In this document: positions 1-11,318 of the stretch, piece by piece
Position numbering within the stretch: position 1 is the first letter of the stretch
How the letters are laid out: each line of letters begins with the position of its first letter
NCBI GenBank assembly: GCA_963798915.1
Contig: CAWCVB010000005.1
Span: 441,291 to 505,290 of the forward strand
Source of the DNA: an uncultured Gemmatimonadales bacterium
Lineage (GTDB): Bacteria > Gemmatimonadota > Gemmatimonadetes > Gemmatimonadales > GWC2-71-9
DNA: 64,000 bases
Reading direction: 5' to 3'
Notes under the pieces: model-generated
Told to the model about the DNA's origin: nothing
Databases searched by the model: none
The model's input: only the letters and a program-made list of their open reading frames with translations
Made by a program: the position numbers and the translations under genes

Positions 1-112
1 GCTTGAGGTCCTCGGCGAGATAGACCGTGGCCATGCCCCCCGTCCCCAGCTCACGGTCGAGCCGATACTGGAGAGCGAGCCCAGCCAGCAGTTCAGGTGG
101 CAATTCGCTCAC
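1..112 (-). CDS. Ser/Thr protein kinase, N-terminal part (runs off window start)
   Basis: Manual translation from GTG at 112: MSELPPELLAGLALQYRLDRELGTGGMATVYLAEDLK, the Hanks kinase Gly-loop GxGGMxxVY. Not in the ORF track. Confidence 0.85.
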   Translation of the reverse strand, partial: MSELPPELLAGLALQYRLDRELGTGGMATVYLAEDLK

Positions 113-204
113 GATGAACGGGCGATCATTCGCTCAAACGGCGCGATCCCACGCCAGCCAGGAGCCGGTCGCCGGGCCCGACGACGTGAATGTGCCGCCG
201 GCGC

Positions 205-2466
<2,262 letters not shown>

Positions 2467-2470
<4 letters not shown>

Positions 2471-3531
2471 GCCGCCACCTTGCCACCTCGTACATGCCAC
2501 ACCGGAAGGGCCAATCCCGCCGGCAGGTGGTCCTGCCGGGGTGCGGTCAGGAACACCTGACGCTCGGCGCCCGCGAGCAGCCGGGCCGCGAGTCGCTCCT
2601 GGCGTTCGGCATCCAGCTCGGCGAAGATGTCATCCAAGGCGAGCGCCGGCTCGGTTCCGCGGTCCTCCGCCAGCGTCCGCAGCTCGAGCAGCCGGAGCGC
2701 AATGGCCGAGGTTCGATGCTGGCCGGTGCTGCCGAAGGTGCGCTGCTCTCGCCCATCGAGCACGAGCCGCAGGTCGTCGCGGTGGGGACCGAGCCCGGTT
2801 GCGGCATGGGCCAGATCCCGCGCGAGGTGCTCCTCGAGCAGCACTGCCCAGGCGTCGACCTCCGCCAGCTCGGGGTGGCCACGGTAGAGCAGCCGGGTGT
2901 CGGCCCGCTCTCCCAACGCTTCCATCTCCTCGACGAAGGCCGGCTGCGCCCGCTCCACCCAGGCAAGGCGTGCACGGATCACCGCAGCCCCTGCTCGCGC
3001 CAACGGCTGGTTGAAGGCCGTTGCCAGATCGCCGCGCCCCAGCCGCAGCGCGCCATTGCGCTGTGCCAGCGCGCTTCGATAGCGCGAGAGGGCGCCGAGG
3101 TACGCGCTGTCAGCCAGTGCGAGCAGCCGGTCGAGATAGAGCCGGCGCCCGGCAGCCGGGCCGGAGGCAAGGGCGACATCCCCTGGCAGGAAGGCGACGG
3201 CCAGCCAGGAGCCGATGGCATCGGACAGGCGACCTGCCTCATTCCCGCCGACGGCGATGCGCTTGCGTCGCTCCGCCGTGTTCCACTGGGCGGCCACTTC
3301 CCGGCCATGCCCCCACGTGACCACCCGGAAGCCCGTGCCCGAGAAGCGCACCAGTTCAGCATCGGCCGCTCCGCGGATCGATCGGCAGAGCACCGTGTAA
3401 CAGAGTGCCTCGAGCAGGTTGGACTTGCCCTGGCCGTTGTCGCCAAGCAGCAGCATGCCGGCGGCCGGCACAGCCAGATCCAGATCCTCGAGGTTCCTGA
3501 ATCCGCGAGCGACCAGTCGGTCGAGACGCAC
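2467..3531 (-). CDS. recF: DNA replication/repair protein RecF
   Basis: GFRNL, Walker A GDNGQGKSN, GPHRDDL, GSTGQHR, LDDIFAELD. Confidence 0.95.
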
Positions 3532-3960
3532 TACTCGACAATGAGCGTGCGCGCAGCCGTGTCGCCGCGCACGCCGCCGATATCTGTGGCAAACACCAGC
3601 ACGGTCAGGGTGTCGCCCTTGTGGTTCGACGTCGAGATGGGAAGGATGAATCGGAGTGTATCCGTCGGCTCCTCGGGCGTGAGTGGCGGGAAGCGCTCGC
3701 TACCACCCACGACCAGCACGTACACAGAGTCCACACCGTCTTCGTCGATTGACCGGCCGGCCACCAGCGCCATCGGCCCCGTCGGGCACGCGGGCCAATC
3801 CTGCCTCCGGCGAATCGATAAATGTCACCGGGCCCTTGGCCGTCGACTCGGGACCGAAGATGGGGCGCGCCCGGTCGTTACAGCCCACCGCCATCAGCAG
3901 GACGCCTGCGCAGAGCGGCGCCAGGCCGGCCCTCAAACGGCAAATTATGGGGTGCGACAT
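3531..3960 (-). CDS. Hypothetical lipoprotein, split by a probable 1-nt homopolymer indel at 3777-3780
   Basis: Lipobox-type signal (LLMAVGC) in ORF 3700-3960. Removing one base of the C4 run joins it to ORF 3531-3773 (...VPDG-PMALVAGRSIDEDGVDSVY...), whose stop overlaps the recF start. Confidence 0.6.
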
Positions 3961-4008
3961 CCATGGAAATATAGCCGCTACGCCCCGCGAAAACGAGGGT
4001 CGCGCAGC

Positions 4009-4791
4009 CTATTTCCGATGGAATTCAGGAGCTCGCCGCGCCAGGAACGCGGCGGTCCCTTCGGCCATTTCGGGAGAGGTCGAGAGCAGTCCAAAAACCG
4101 CGGCCTCCTGAGCCAGCGCGGGTTCCAGCGCGAGGTCACTGCTTCCATCGACCAGCGCAAGGCAGGCACGGACCGCCAGCGGGCCATTGGCAAGCATCTG
4201 CCGCAGCAACGCGTCGGCTTCGGCAAGCAGCGTGTCAGCGGGCACCACGCGATTCACCAGCCCGATGCGGCAGGCTTCGGCGGCATCGATCATTGCGCCA
4301 GTCAGGAGCAGCTCAAGCGCGCGACCGCGGCCCACGAGCCGGGGAAGCCGAACGGTCGCACCGTAGCCCGGAGTGATGCCGAGCTTCACCTCCGGCTGGC
4401 CGAACCGGGCTGACGCCGACGCGATTCGCAGGTGGCAGCACATGGCCAGTTCACAACCGCCGCCAAGGGCAAAGCCGTTCACTGCGGCGATCACCGGCTT
4501 GCCCAGCGTTTCGATCTGGCGGAACACGGCCTGTCCCGTCCGTGCGCGTTGAGCACCATCCAGCGCGCCCTGTGCGGCGATTTCAGCGATGTCCGCGCCA
4601 GCGACAAATGCCTTGGGGCCCGCACCGGTGAGAATGACGCCCGCGACCTGCTCGTCGGCCGCGAGCCTGGTGGCCACTTCGCCCAGCTCGCGAATCACCG
4701 TGGCATTCAGGGCATTCAGCTTGTCGGGGCGATTGACGGTCACGGTGGCGACCCGCTCGTGGACGTCCAGGATCAAGGTTTCGAAGGACAT
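4009..4791 (-). CDS. Enoyl-CoA hydratase/crotonase family protein
   Basis: NRPDKLNAL, AFVAGADI, VNGFALGGGCELA, FGQPEVKLG. Confidence 0.93.
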   Translation of the reverse strand: MSFETLILDVHERVATVTVNRPDKLNALNATVIRELGEVATRLAADEQVAGVILTGAGPKAFVAGADIAEIAAQGALDGAQRARTGQAVFRQIETLGKPVIAAVNGFALGGGCELAMCCHLRIASASARFGQPEVKLGITPGYGATVRLPRLVGRGRALELLLTGAMIDAAEACRIGLVNRVVPADTLLAEADALLRQMLANGPLAVRACLALVDGSSDLALEPALAQEAAVFGLLSTSPEMAEGTAAFLARRAPEFHRK

Positions 4792-4894
4792 GGCCAACTC
4801 GGCAGGTTGGAAGTGGTAGGTTGGTAGCTGGAAGATAGTTGCCAGACCCGCTAACGTGGCGATCTTGAAGGTTGATTCCCGCTTCCCACTGCTC

Positions 4895-6370
4895 ATGCCT
4901 TGCATCCTTGCGCTGGACCAGGGGACCACCGGCTCACACGCGCTCGTCCTCCACGACGACGGGCATGTGCTGGGCACCGGCTACCGTCCGATCACGCAGT
5001 TCTTTCCCGAGCCCGGATGGGTGGAGCATGATCCGGATGAGATCTTCCGGCTCACGGTGGAGGCGGCGCGCGACGCCCTGCGCGCAGCTGGCGAGCAACC
5101 GGACGCGATCGGTATCACCAACCAGCGCGAGACGATCGTTCTCTGGGACCGTCGCACCCTCGCTCCGGTTGCGCCGGCAATCGTCTGGCAGGACCGCCGC
5201 ACCGCGCCGCGCTGCCGGGAGCTGCAGCGGAATGGGCAGGAAGCGGTTCTGCGCGAGCGAACCGGGCTGGTCGCGGACCCGTATTTCAGCGCCACCAAGC
5301 TCGAATGGCTCCTGCGCCAGCCAGCGGTGCGCCAGCGGGCGGCGCATGGGGAGCTCGCCGCCGGCACGATCGACTCGTGGCTTGTCGCCCGGCTGACCGG
5401 CGGCCGCACGCATGTTACCGACCATACCAATGCGTCCCGCACACTGCTTTACGATCTCTCGACCCGCACCTGGGCCGATGAGCTGCTGGCAATGTTCGGC
5501 ATTCCGCGGGAGCTGCTGCCACGTATTGTCGCGTCCGGTAGTATCGTCGCCGAGACGGACGCGGCCTGGTTCGGGCGACCGATCCCCATCGCCGGCATGG
5601 CGGGCGACCAGCAGGCGTCGCTCTTCGGGCTCGGCTGCATGGCCACGGGCGAGGCCAAGAACACCTACGGGACGGGCGCGTTCCTGCTGGTCCACCAGGG
5701 CGACGTGCTCCCCGTGCCGCCGCAAGGCGTGCTGGCGACCGCCGCCTGCGGCGCACGGGGCGAGCCCGCCTATGCCCTTGAAGGTTCCATTCTGATCGCG
5801 GGCGCCGCCGTCCAGTGGCTGCGTGATCAGCTCGGCATCATCTCCACGGCGGGCGAAACGGAACGGCTGGCCCGCAGCGTGCCCGACACCGGTGGCGTGC
5901 ATTTCGTGCCCGCATTTGCCGGACTTGGCACACCCCACTGGGCGCCCGAGGCGCGCGGCATGATTACCGGCCTGACCCGCGGAACCAGCCGCGCACACAT
6001 CGCGCGGGCCGCGCTGGAGGCCATGGCCTTTGGCACGGCGGAGCTCTATCGGGCGATGGGTGCGACGTCGGGCCTCAAGGTGGACGGTGGGGCATCGGCC
6101 AATGACTGGCTCATGCAGTTTCAGGCGGACATCCTGGGGACTCCCGTGCAGCGGCCGGATGTGATCGAATCCACGGCGCTCGGCGCGGCCGGGCTGGCCG
6201 GCGTGACCGTCGGCATCTGGAAGAATGCAGAGGCCTTTCTTGCGGCACGATCGTTCACCGAATTTGTGCCCCGGATGTCCGCCGCGGAGCGCGCGCGCCA
6301 GCTCGCCGGATGGAGGCGTGCGGTGGCGGCAACGCTTGCATGGGCAACGCCCGATCAGGTCACGGAATAG
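4895..6370 (+). CDS. glpK: Glycerol kinase
   Basis: LALDQGTTGS, GITNQRET, WQDRRT, YFSATK, GDQQA, KNTYGTG, DGGA. Confidence 0.95.
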   Translation: MPCILALDQGTTGSHALVLHDDGHVLGTGYRPITQFFPEPGWVEHDPDEIFRLTVEAARDALRAAGEQPDAIGITNQRETIVLWDRRTLAPVAPAIVWQDRRTAPRCRELQRNGQEAVLRERTGLVADPYFSATKLEWLLRQPAVRQRAAHGELAAGTIDSWLVARLTGGRTHVTDHTNASRTLLYDLSTRTWADELLAMFGIPRELLPRIVASGSIVAETDAAWFGRPIPIAGMAGDQQASLFGLGCMATGEAKNTYGTGAFLLVHQGDVLPVPPQGVLATAACGARGEPAYALEGSILIAGAAVQWLRDQLGIISTAGETERLARSVPDTGGVHFVPAFAGLGTPHWAPEARGMITGLTRGTSRAHIARAALEAMAFGTAELYRAMGATSGLKVDGGASANDWLMQFQADILGTPVQRPDVIESTALGAAGLAGVTVGIWKNAEAFLAARSFTEFVPRMSAAERARQLAGWRRAVAATLAWATPDQVTE

Positions 6371-7802
6371 CAGCGCCGTGGCAGACGGTGCACATCTCCG
6401 GATTCTTCCTCCGAAGCCGCTCCGCATCGAAGCCGGGACCATGCGGATTGAAGCGGCGCCCGCCGTTGGCCGAATGACAGGTGAGGCAGTCGCGCTCGAC
6501 ATGACAGCTCACGCAAGTCTCCAGGGACTGCCGGGCCGCCTTGCCGTGCCCGAGGAGGAAGGTCGGGTTGGCATCGTGATAGTTGCCCCGCAGCGGGCCG
6601 CTGGAGCGAAGCCCCGCCTCGGCATGGCAGGTCATGCAGAATGAGGCCGTGTTGTGGCAGGCCGCGCAGTCGGACGCGCGCGCAAATGCCGCGGCCGGGT
6701 GACGAGTGAGGAAGCCGGCCGGGTGATACTCCTGCGCGGTGCCGGGTGTCGGCACGTGGCAGTAGAGACACTCGGTCCGGGCGTGACAGGTGGCGCAGGT
6801 GCGCGGGGCCGCGCGAGCGAACGCCGCATGATCCTCGGAAAAATCAGCGCCATGCGTGGCGGGGCGCCGCCGGGTGACGACGGCACCGGTGGCCCGTCCT
6901 GGACCGGCCACGGCCAGGCGCTTCACTGCGCCGGGTTCACTCCCGGCATGGCAAGTGAGGCAGCTCTCCCGTGTGTGGCAGGTGGCACAGGTTGACGCCG
7001 TGCTGAGGCCCCGGCCATGTGACTGCAGGAAACCGGATGACTGGTGTGATTCGGGCGCCGCGAGGGTCGCTGCGATCGCGGTGGATCGCGGGTCGGGCGC
7101 GAGCGCCTGGATCGCCGGTGTCTCGGGCGCGTCCACATGACACTGCAGGCAGAAATTCCGGGCGTGGCAAGTTGCGCACGACGCCGCGACACCGTGGGTA
7201 GCCCCCATCGTGGCCAGACGTCCATGCCCGCTGCTGCCGAAGCCGGCAACCTGGTGCGACGCTGGCTCCGGGAAGCGAGCGATGTCCTGCCTTGAGAGCC
7301 GGGTCGCTTGGGACAACGGCACGTGACAGGTGGCACACGCCGTGTCCGGTGCAGCGAAGTGGCCGCCGGTCACACCGTGACAGGAGAGGCAGGCGCCGCT
7401 AACGGCAAGCGACACCTGCATCCAGCCCTTGCCAGGGGGGATGTGACAGGCAGCGCAGCGTTGTGCTGAATCGACGGCGATTCCGCGGGAGCGACTGTAC
7501 TTCGCGGCGTGCGCGGTGTGCTGGAAGTCGAGGTTGGTGGCCGGCAGTTCGGTCGGAGGCGTCCAATCCACCCGGCGCTCCACGCTCCCGTCGTGGCAGA
7601 TGGTGCAGGCCACGCCTGCGGGATATGGCTGGCTGCCGGTAAGCACGCCGGCATGACAGCTGGTGCAGCTCGGGAACAACTTGGCATGCTGGTCATGGTC
7701 AAAGCGATCGGTCTGTCGGCCCAGGCGGGCGCCGCCCAATCCGATGGCCGTGAGCCCGACCAGCGCGAGCGCCAGCCGCAGATGAGTTCGGATCCAGGTC
7801 AT
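6360..7802 (-). CDS. Exported multiheme c-type cytochrome (16 CxxCH)
   Basis: N-terminal signal/anchor; 16 CxxCH counted by hand, ten of them in five paired repeats. Confidence 0.92.
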   Translation of the reverse strand: MTWIRTHLRLALALVGLTAIGLGGARLGRQTDRFDHDQHAKLFPSCTSCHAGVLTGSQPYPAGVACTICHDGSVERRVDWTPPTELPATNLDFQHTAHAAKYSRSRGIAVDSAQRCAACHIPPGKGWMQVSLAVSGACLSCHGVTGGHFAAPDTACATCHVPLSQATRLSRQDIARFPEPASHQVAGFGSSGHGRLATMGATHGVAASCATCHARNFCLQCHVDAPETPAIQALAPDPRSTAIAATLAAPESHQSSGFLQSHGRGLSTASTCATCHTRESCLTCHAGSEPGAVKRLAVAGPGRATGAVVTRRRPATHGADFSEDHAAFARAAPRTCATCHARTECLYCHVPTPGTAQEYHPAGFLTRHPAAAFARASDCAACHNTASFCMTCHAEAGLRSSGPLRGNYHDANPTFLLGHGKAARQSLETCVSCHVERDCLTCHSANGGRRFNPHGPGFDAERLRRKNPEMCTVCHGAAIP

Positions 7803-9298
7803 CGGCTGCGCTGCTCCGCGCCAGGCTTGCGCCGGCGCGCCGGGGGAAGCGGCGTCGTGCCGGCGCCACCGAAAAGCAGCGTAAGGCGGGCGTTGAGCCG
7901 AGTCTGGGTCCAGTCGAAGGCCGCGGCGTCCGGACGATCGCGGGTTTCCCAGTAACGCGCCACGCCGGCACCAGCCCGAATCCGGTCCGACGCATCCCAG
8001 TCCACCTCGAAGCCGACCGTGCTCACGGTTGCGTCGTCATACCGAAATTCCAGCGGTCGTTGAAGCGCGGCACCGTTGAGCTGAAATGAGAGCCGTGGAG
8101 CGGCGGTGTAGGTGACCGTGCCGTCGAGGCCTCGTGAGGCGGCGCCCGGCCCGAATTCGCGGTGCGCGCCAAGGTCGAACTGCCATTGCGGCGTGAGCCA
8201 GACCGATCCCCCTACAGTGGCGCGCCAGCCGGCGTCCTCGGCACGCACCAGCGGCGTCGACGCATCGCTGGCCTCAAACCAGTACCGCTCGCCCCGGGCG
8301 CGGAGCTCGATCCGGCGTCCAGGGCGTATCCAGACCGACCCGGCGATGCTGTTGAACGGCACCGGGCTGAACGCACCCCAGATGGTCCATAGATCGAAAT
8401 GCGGTCGGTAATGACGGGCGGCCAGCGCGACGGTCACCTGGGGACTGGCATAGCGCGCCTGGATGTCGGCGGTACCCCACAGGTTTGCCGCGATATCGTA
8501 CTCGCCTCCGCCGGCCAACGACATGTAACGGCCGACGCGAACGTCTCCCGAGAGTGCCATGCGCTCGGACACGAAGTAGTCGGAGCGTCCATCGAGCTCC
8601 CGCTGATATTCGAGGCGGAGATTCGTGCCGACGCCGCTGAAGCCGGCCGCCGCACCGTAAAGCCGGGTGCGCTGGTCTGGCCGGTACTCGTCGAGCGGGT
8701 TGAGGGCCGGGCTCGTGATCGGGAGCGCGGTGGCTCGTGCCAGGCCCCAGCCGGCGTAGGCTTCCGCCTCGACGCCGGATCTGCCCAGGCGGACTTTCGC
8801 CTGCGCACCATCGAACCCGGCGGCTCCGAGCCGCGTCAACATCGTCTGGCGCCCCACTCGCACCGTGACGGGCGTGGAAGCGTATTCCGCGTAGGCCTCG
8901 AGAAGTTGGGCCGACGGCTGCGTGCCAGGCCAGGCATTGCGGTCAGCCAAGTCAGTAAGCAGCCGGCCATCGAAATGCAGGCTGAGACGCGCCAGTCCAA
9001 GCCCCCAGACGGTCGCGACCGCTGATTGCGCGAATGGGGCGGCATGGACGACAGGGCCGGGCCGGAAGTAACGGCAGACACCGGCCGGATCACAGGACAC
9101 GGCAAAGCCAGCCTGGGTGACCGGGCCGCCGGTTGGTCCGGTCACGGTTTCCGCCTCCAGCACACTGTCTTCAACGACACCCCGGAAGTCCACCCGCTGT
9201 ATCCGGGAATCCAGGCGCAGGCTGTAGCCCTGGGCATGGAGTCCCGGTGCAACGCCGCCCAGTAGCACGGCGGCCACAGCCCATGCACGCACCCTCAT
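7799..9298 (-). CDS. Putative outer-membrane beta-barrel (porin partner of the cytochromes)
   Basis: Signal peptide ending LHA-Q; about 470 aa of alternating amphipathic, aromatic-rich strands; 'EAYAEY...VRVGRQ...GFDG' porin-like segment; lies between two multiheme genes with 4-nt overlaps. Confidence 0.75.
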   Translation of the reverse strand: MRVRAWAVAAVLLGGVAPGLHAQGYSLRLDSRIQRVDFRGVVEDSVLEAETVTGPTGGPVTQAGFAVSCDPAGVCRYFRPGPVVHAAPFAQSAVATVWGLGLARLSLHFDGRLLTDLADRNAWPGTQPSAQLLEAYAEYASTPVTVRVGRQTMLTRLGAAGFDGAQAKVRLGRSGVEAEAYAGWGLARATALPITSPALNPLDEYRPDQRTRLYGAAAGFSGVGTNLRLEYQRELDGRSDYFVSERMALSGDVRVGRYMSLAGGGEYDIAANLWGTADIQARYASPQVTVALAARHYRPHFDLWTIWGAFSPVPFNSIAGSVWIRPGRRIELRARGERYWFEASDASTPLVRAEDAGWRATVGGSVWLTPQWQFDLGAHREFGPGAASRGLDGTVTYTAAPRLSFQLNGAALQRPLEFRYDDATVSTVGFEVDWDASDRIRAGAGVARYWETRDRPDAAAFDWTQTRLNARLTLLFGGAGTTPLPPARRRKPGAEQRSR

Positions 9299-11304
9299 GG
9301 GCTGCGTTTTCCGGTGAGCGCCGGACGATACGCGTCGGGTGGCTCGAGCAGATGGCACGTCGTGCATTCACGCTCCGGGAAGTGGCTCACCTGCTCGGTG
9401 TGGCAGGTGAGGCACAGGCTCCGCGTGGGATGCAGTTGCGCCACCGTGCCTGGTGCATGGCACGCGTCACAGGCACGGTGCCCCTCGACGGGACGCGCAT
9501 GCGCCGGACGCACGCTCGCGCCGGCATGACAGGTGGAACAGTCGCGTTGCTGCGTGTGATGCGCTTCGTGGCAGTTGGTGCACGTGACCACGGCCGCGGC
9601 AGGCGCCATCGAGACCCGAGCGGTGTGACAGGTGGTGCACGTCACGCTGTCGTGGGCGCTATGCTGGAAGGCCGCTTCGCGGACGCGCGGGGTCCGGATC
9701 CCGACCTGGACGGAGAGCGATTCAGGGATGGACGGCGCCAGGTCGTCGGCACCATGACAGGTGCGGCACGTGTTGGTAGCGGGTGCTTGATGGTGGCAGA
9801 TCTGGCAGCCGCGTGGCGGCTGGAAGGTCAGGCCGCCGTGGCCGGTGCTGGTCGAATGGCAGGTGAGGCAGGGGAGAGCGTGGTGGCGCGCATGCGAGAA
9901 CGTGTCGGCGCGGACGGTGCCGGCGGGGAACAGCGATGGGGAGTCACGCGTCGAGAATCCATCGCCGGCCGGCCTGAGGCCGGCCACCAGCTCAGGCGGG
10001 ACTGTGGCGCCCATCGATACGCGCTGGAGCGCCTTGGTCGTATCGAACGCTTCGGGCGGCCGCAGTTTCCCCCCGGTGCGCTCACGCACGGCCTCGTGAC
10101 ACCCGGTGCAGTCGCTGGCGTCCACCCTGGCCTGGTGTGGCAGGTGACAGGTCTCGCATTGCGTGGCGACGCTCCGGTGGCGCAGCCCCGTGTGGAAGGG
10201 GAACTTCTTCCAGTCCGCGTGGCAGCCGGCCGAGGCACACGACTTGAGGGCCGCGCCAGGCGTAGTCTGGCGGTGGGGGTTGTGGCAGGTGCCACAGGTG
10301 CCGTTGTGCGGGTCGTTTGCCGGATCGAACTTGGCCGTGAGGGCAAGCATCTGGTGGCATGACTGGCACTGCTCCATGTGAGGCACCAGCGTTCCCACGG
10401 CTGAGTCTCGGGTGGCCAGCCGCGGGACTTCCCGCGTGAACTGATGGCAAACGGTACAGTGGATGGTGGCCTGATCCGCCATCTTGCCAAGCCGGATGTT
10501 GACGCTGTCGACCAGGTGGCATCCCTGCTGGGCGCAAGTGGCGTTCACCGGCCGGAACCGGTGCGCAGTCTGGGCATGGCAGGTCAGGCACTCCAACTTT
10601 CCCCGGAGAGAATCGCTCTCCAGGTGGGCGCGGTGGCCTGCCGTCGAAGCAATCTGCTGCCACGTCTCCTTGGCATCCCCCCGGACGTGGCATCGCTCGC
10701 AGACATCGCGCGGTACCTTGGCATGCGGGGGGATTTCCTTGTCGCGGCGCCCTGACATCCAGAAGATCAGCTTGACCGCTTCCTTGGTCGGATGCAGCGC
10801 GTGGCAAACGTGACAGCTGAGGGTGTCGTGCTTGCCCTCCACCCGGTGCACCAGGCTGTAGTAGCCGGTATCCGGCAGCACCCAGGCTTCGCCGCTGCCG
10901 ACAAAGATGTGGCAACCGTTGCAGAACCGGTTGTCCTTCTCGATGAACTGGTTGGTGCGATAGCCCATGCCGGCGACGAGCAGCAGTACCACGCCAGCGA
11001 GTCCTGCCATGGCCAGCTTGAGCCCGAGCGATCGCGAGCTGAACCAGGTGCCGATGCCCCGGCGCTGAAGCCAGAGCCACCGGAGGACGACCACCGCCAC
11101 GATGACGGCGAGAATGGCTCCACCCCACATCAACCAGGGCGGCCGCTGGAAGATCCACTGGACGACGGTGATGACCGGGTCATCCAGTCGAGGGTGCGTG
11201 AGGATGGAGTCGAGCGCCACCTGCTGGCCAGCTCCCACAACACTGGAGTCCTGGCCAGGGGCCAGGACTCCAGTGAAGACTGCACGAATGGCGGCGCCGT
11301 ACAC
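9295..11304 (-). CDS. Membrane-anchored multiheme cytochrome: NapC/NirT-like N-terminus plus extension (18 CxxCH + 2 CX4CH)
   Basis: Two TM helices, then FCNGCH/CHVCH/CERCH/CLTCH..AH in a NapC/NirT-like layout, then 16 further motifs including CAQQGCH and CASAGCH. GTG start uncertain. Confidence 0.88.
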   Translation of the reverse strand: MYGAAIRAVFTGVLAPGQDSSVVGAGQQVALDSILTHPRLDDPVITVVQWIFQRPPWLMWGGAILAVIVAVVVLRWLWLQRRGIGTWFSSRSLGLKLAMAGLAGVVLLLVAGMGYRTNQFIEKDNRFCNGCHIFVGSGEAWVLPDTGYYSLVHRVEGKHDTLSCHVCHALHPTKEAVKLIFWMSGRRDKEIPPHAKVPRDVCERCHVRGDAKETWQQIASTAGHRAHLESDSLRGKLECLTCHAQTAHRFRPVNATCAQQGCHLVDSVNIRLGKMADQATIHCTVCHQFTREVPRLATRDSAVGTLVPHMEQCQSCHQMLALTAKFDPANDPHNGTCGTCHNPHRQTTPGAALKSCASAGCHADWKKFPFHTGLRHRSVATQCETCHLPHQARVDASDCTGCHEAVRERTGGKLRPPEAFDTTKALQRVSMGATVPPELVAGLRPAGDGFSTRDSPSLFPAGTVRADTFSHARHHALPCLTCHSTSTGHGGLTFQPPRGCQICHHQAPATNTCRTCHGADDLAPSIPESLSVQVGIRTPRVREAAFQHSAHDSVTCTTCHTARVSMAPAAAVVTCTNCHEAHHTQQRDCSTCHAGASVRPAHARPVEGHRACDACHAPGTVAQLHPTRSLCLTCHTEQVSHFPERECTTCHLLEPPDAYRPALTGKRSP

Positions 11305-11318
11305 CGTGCCGACCAGGT

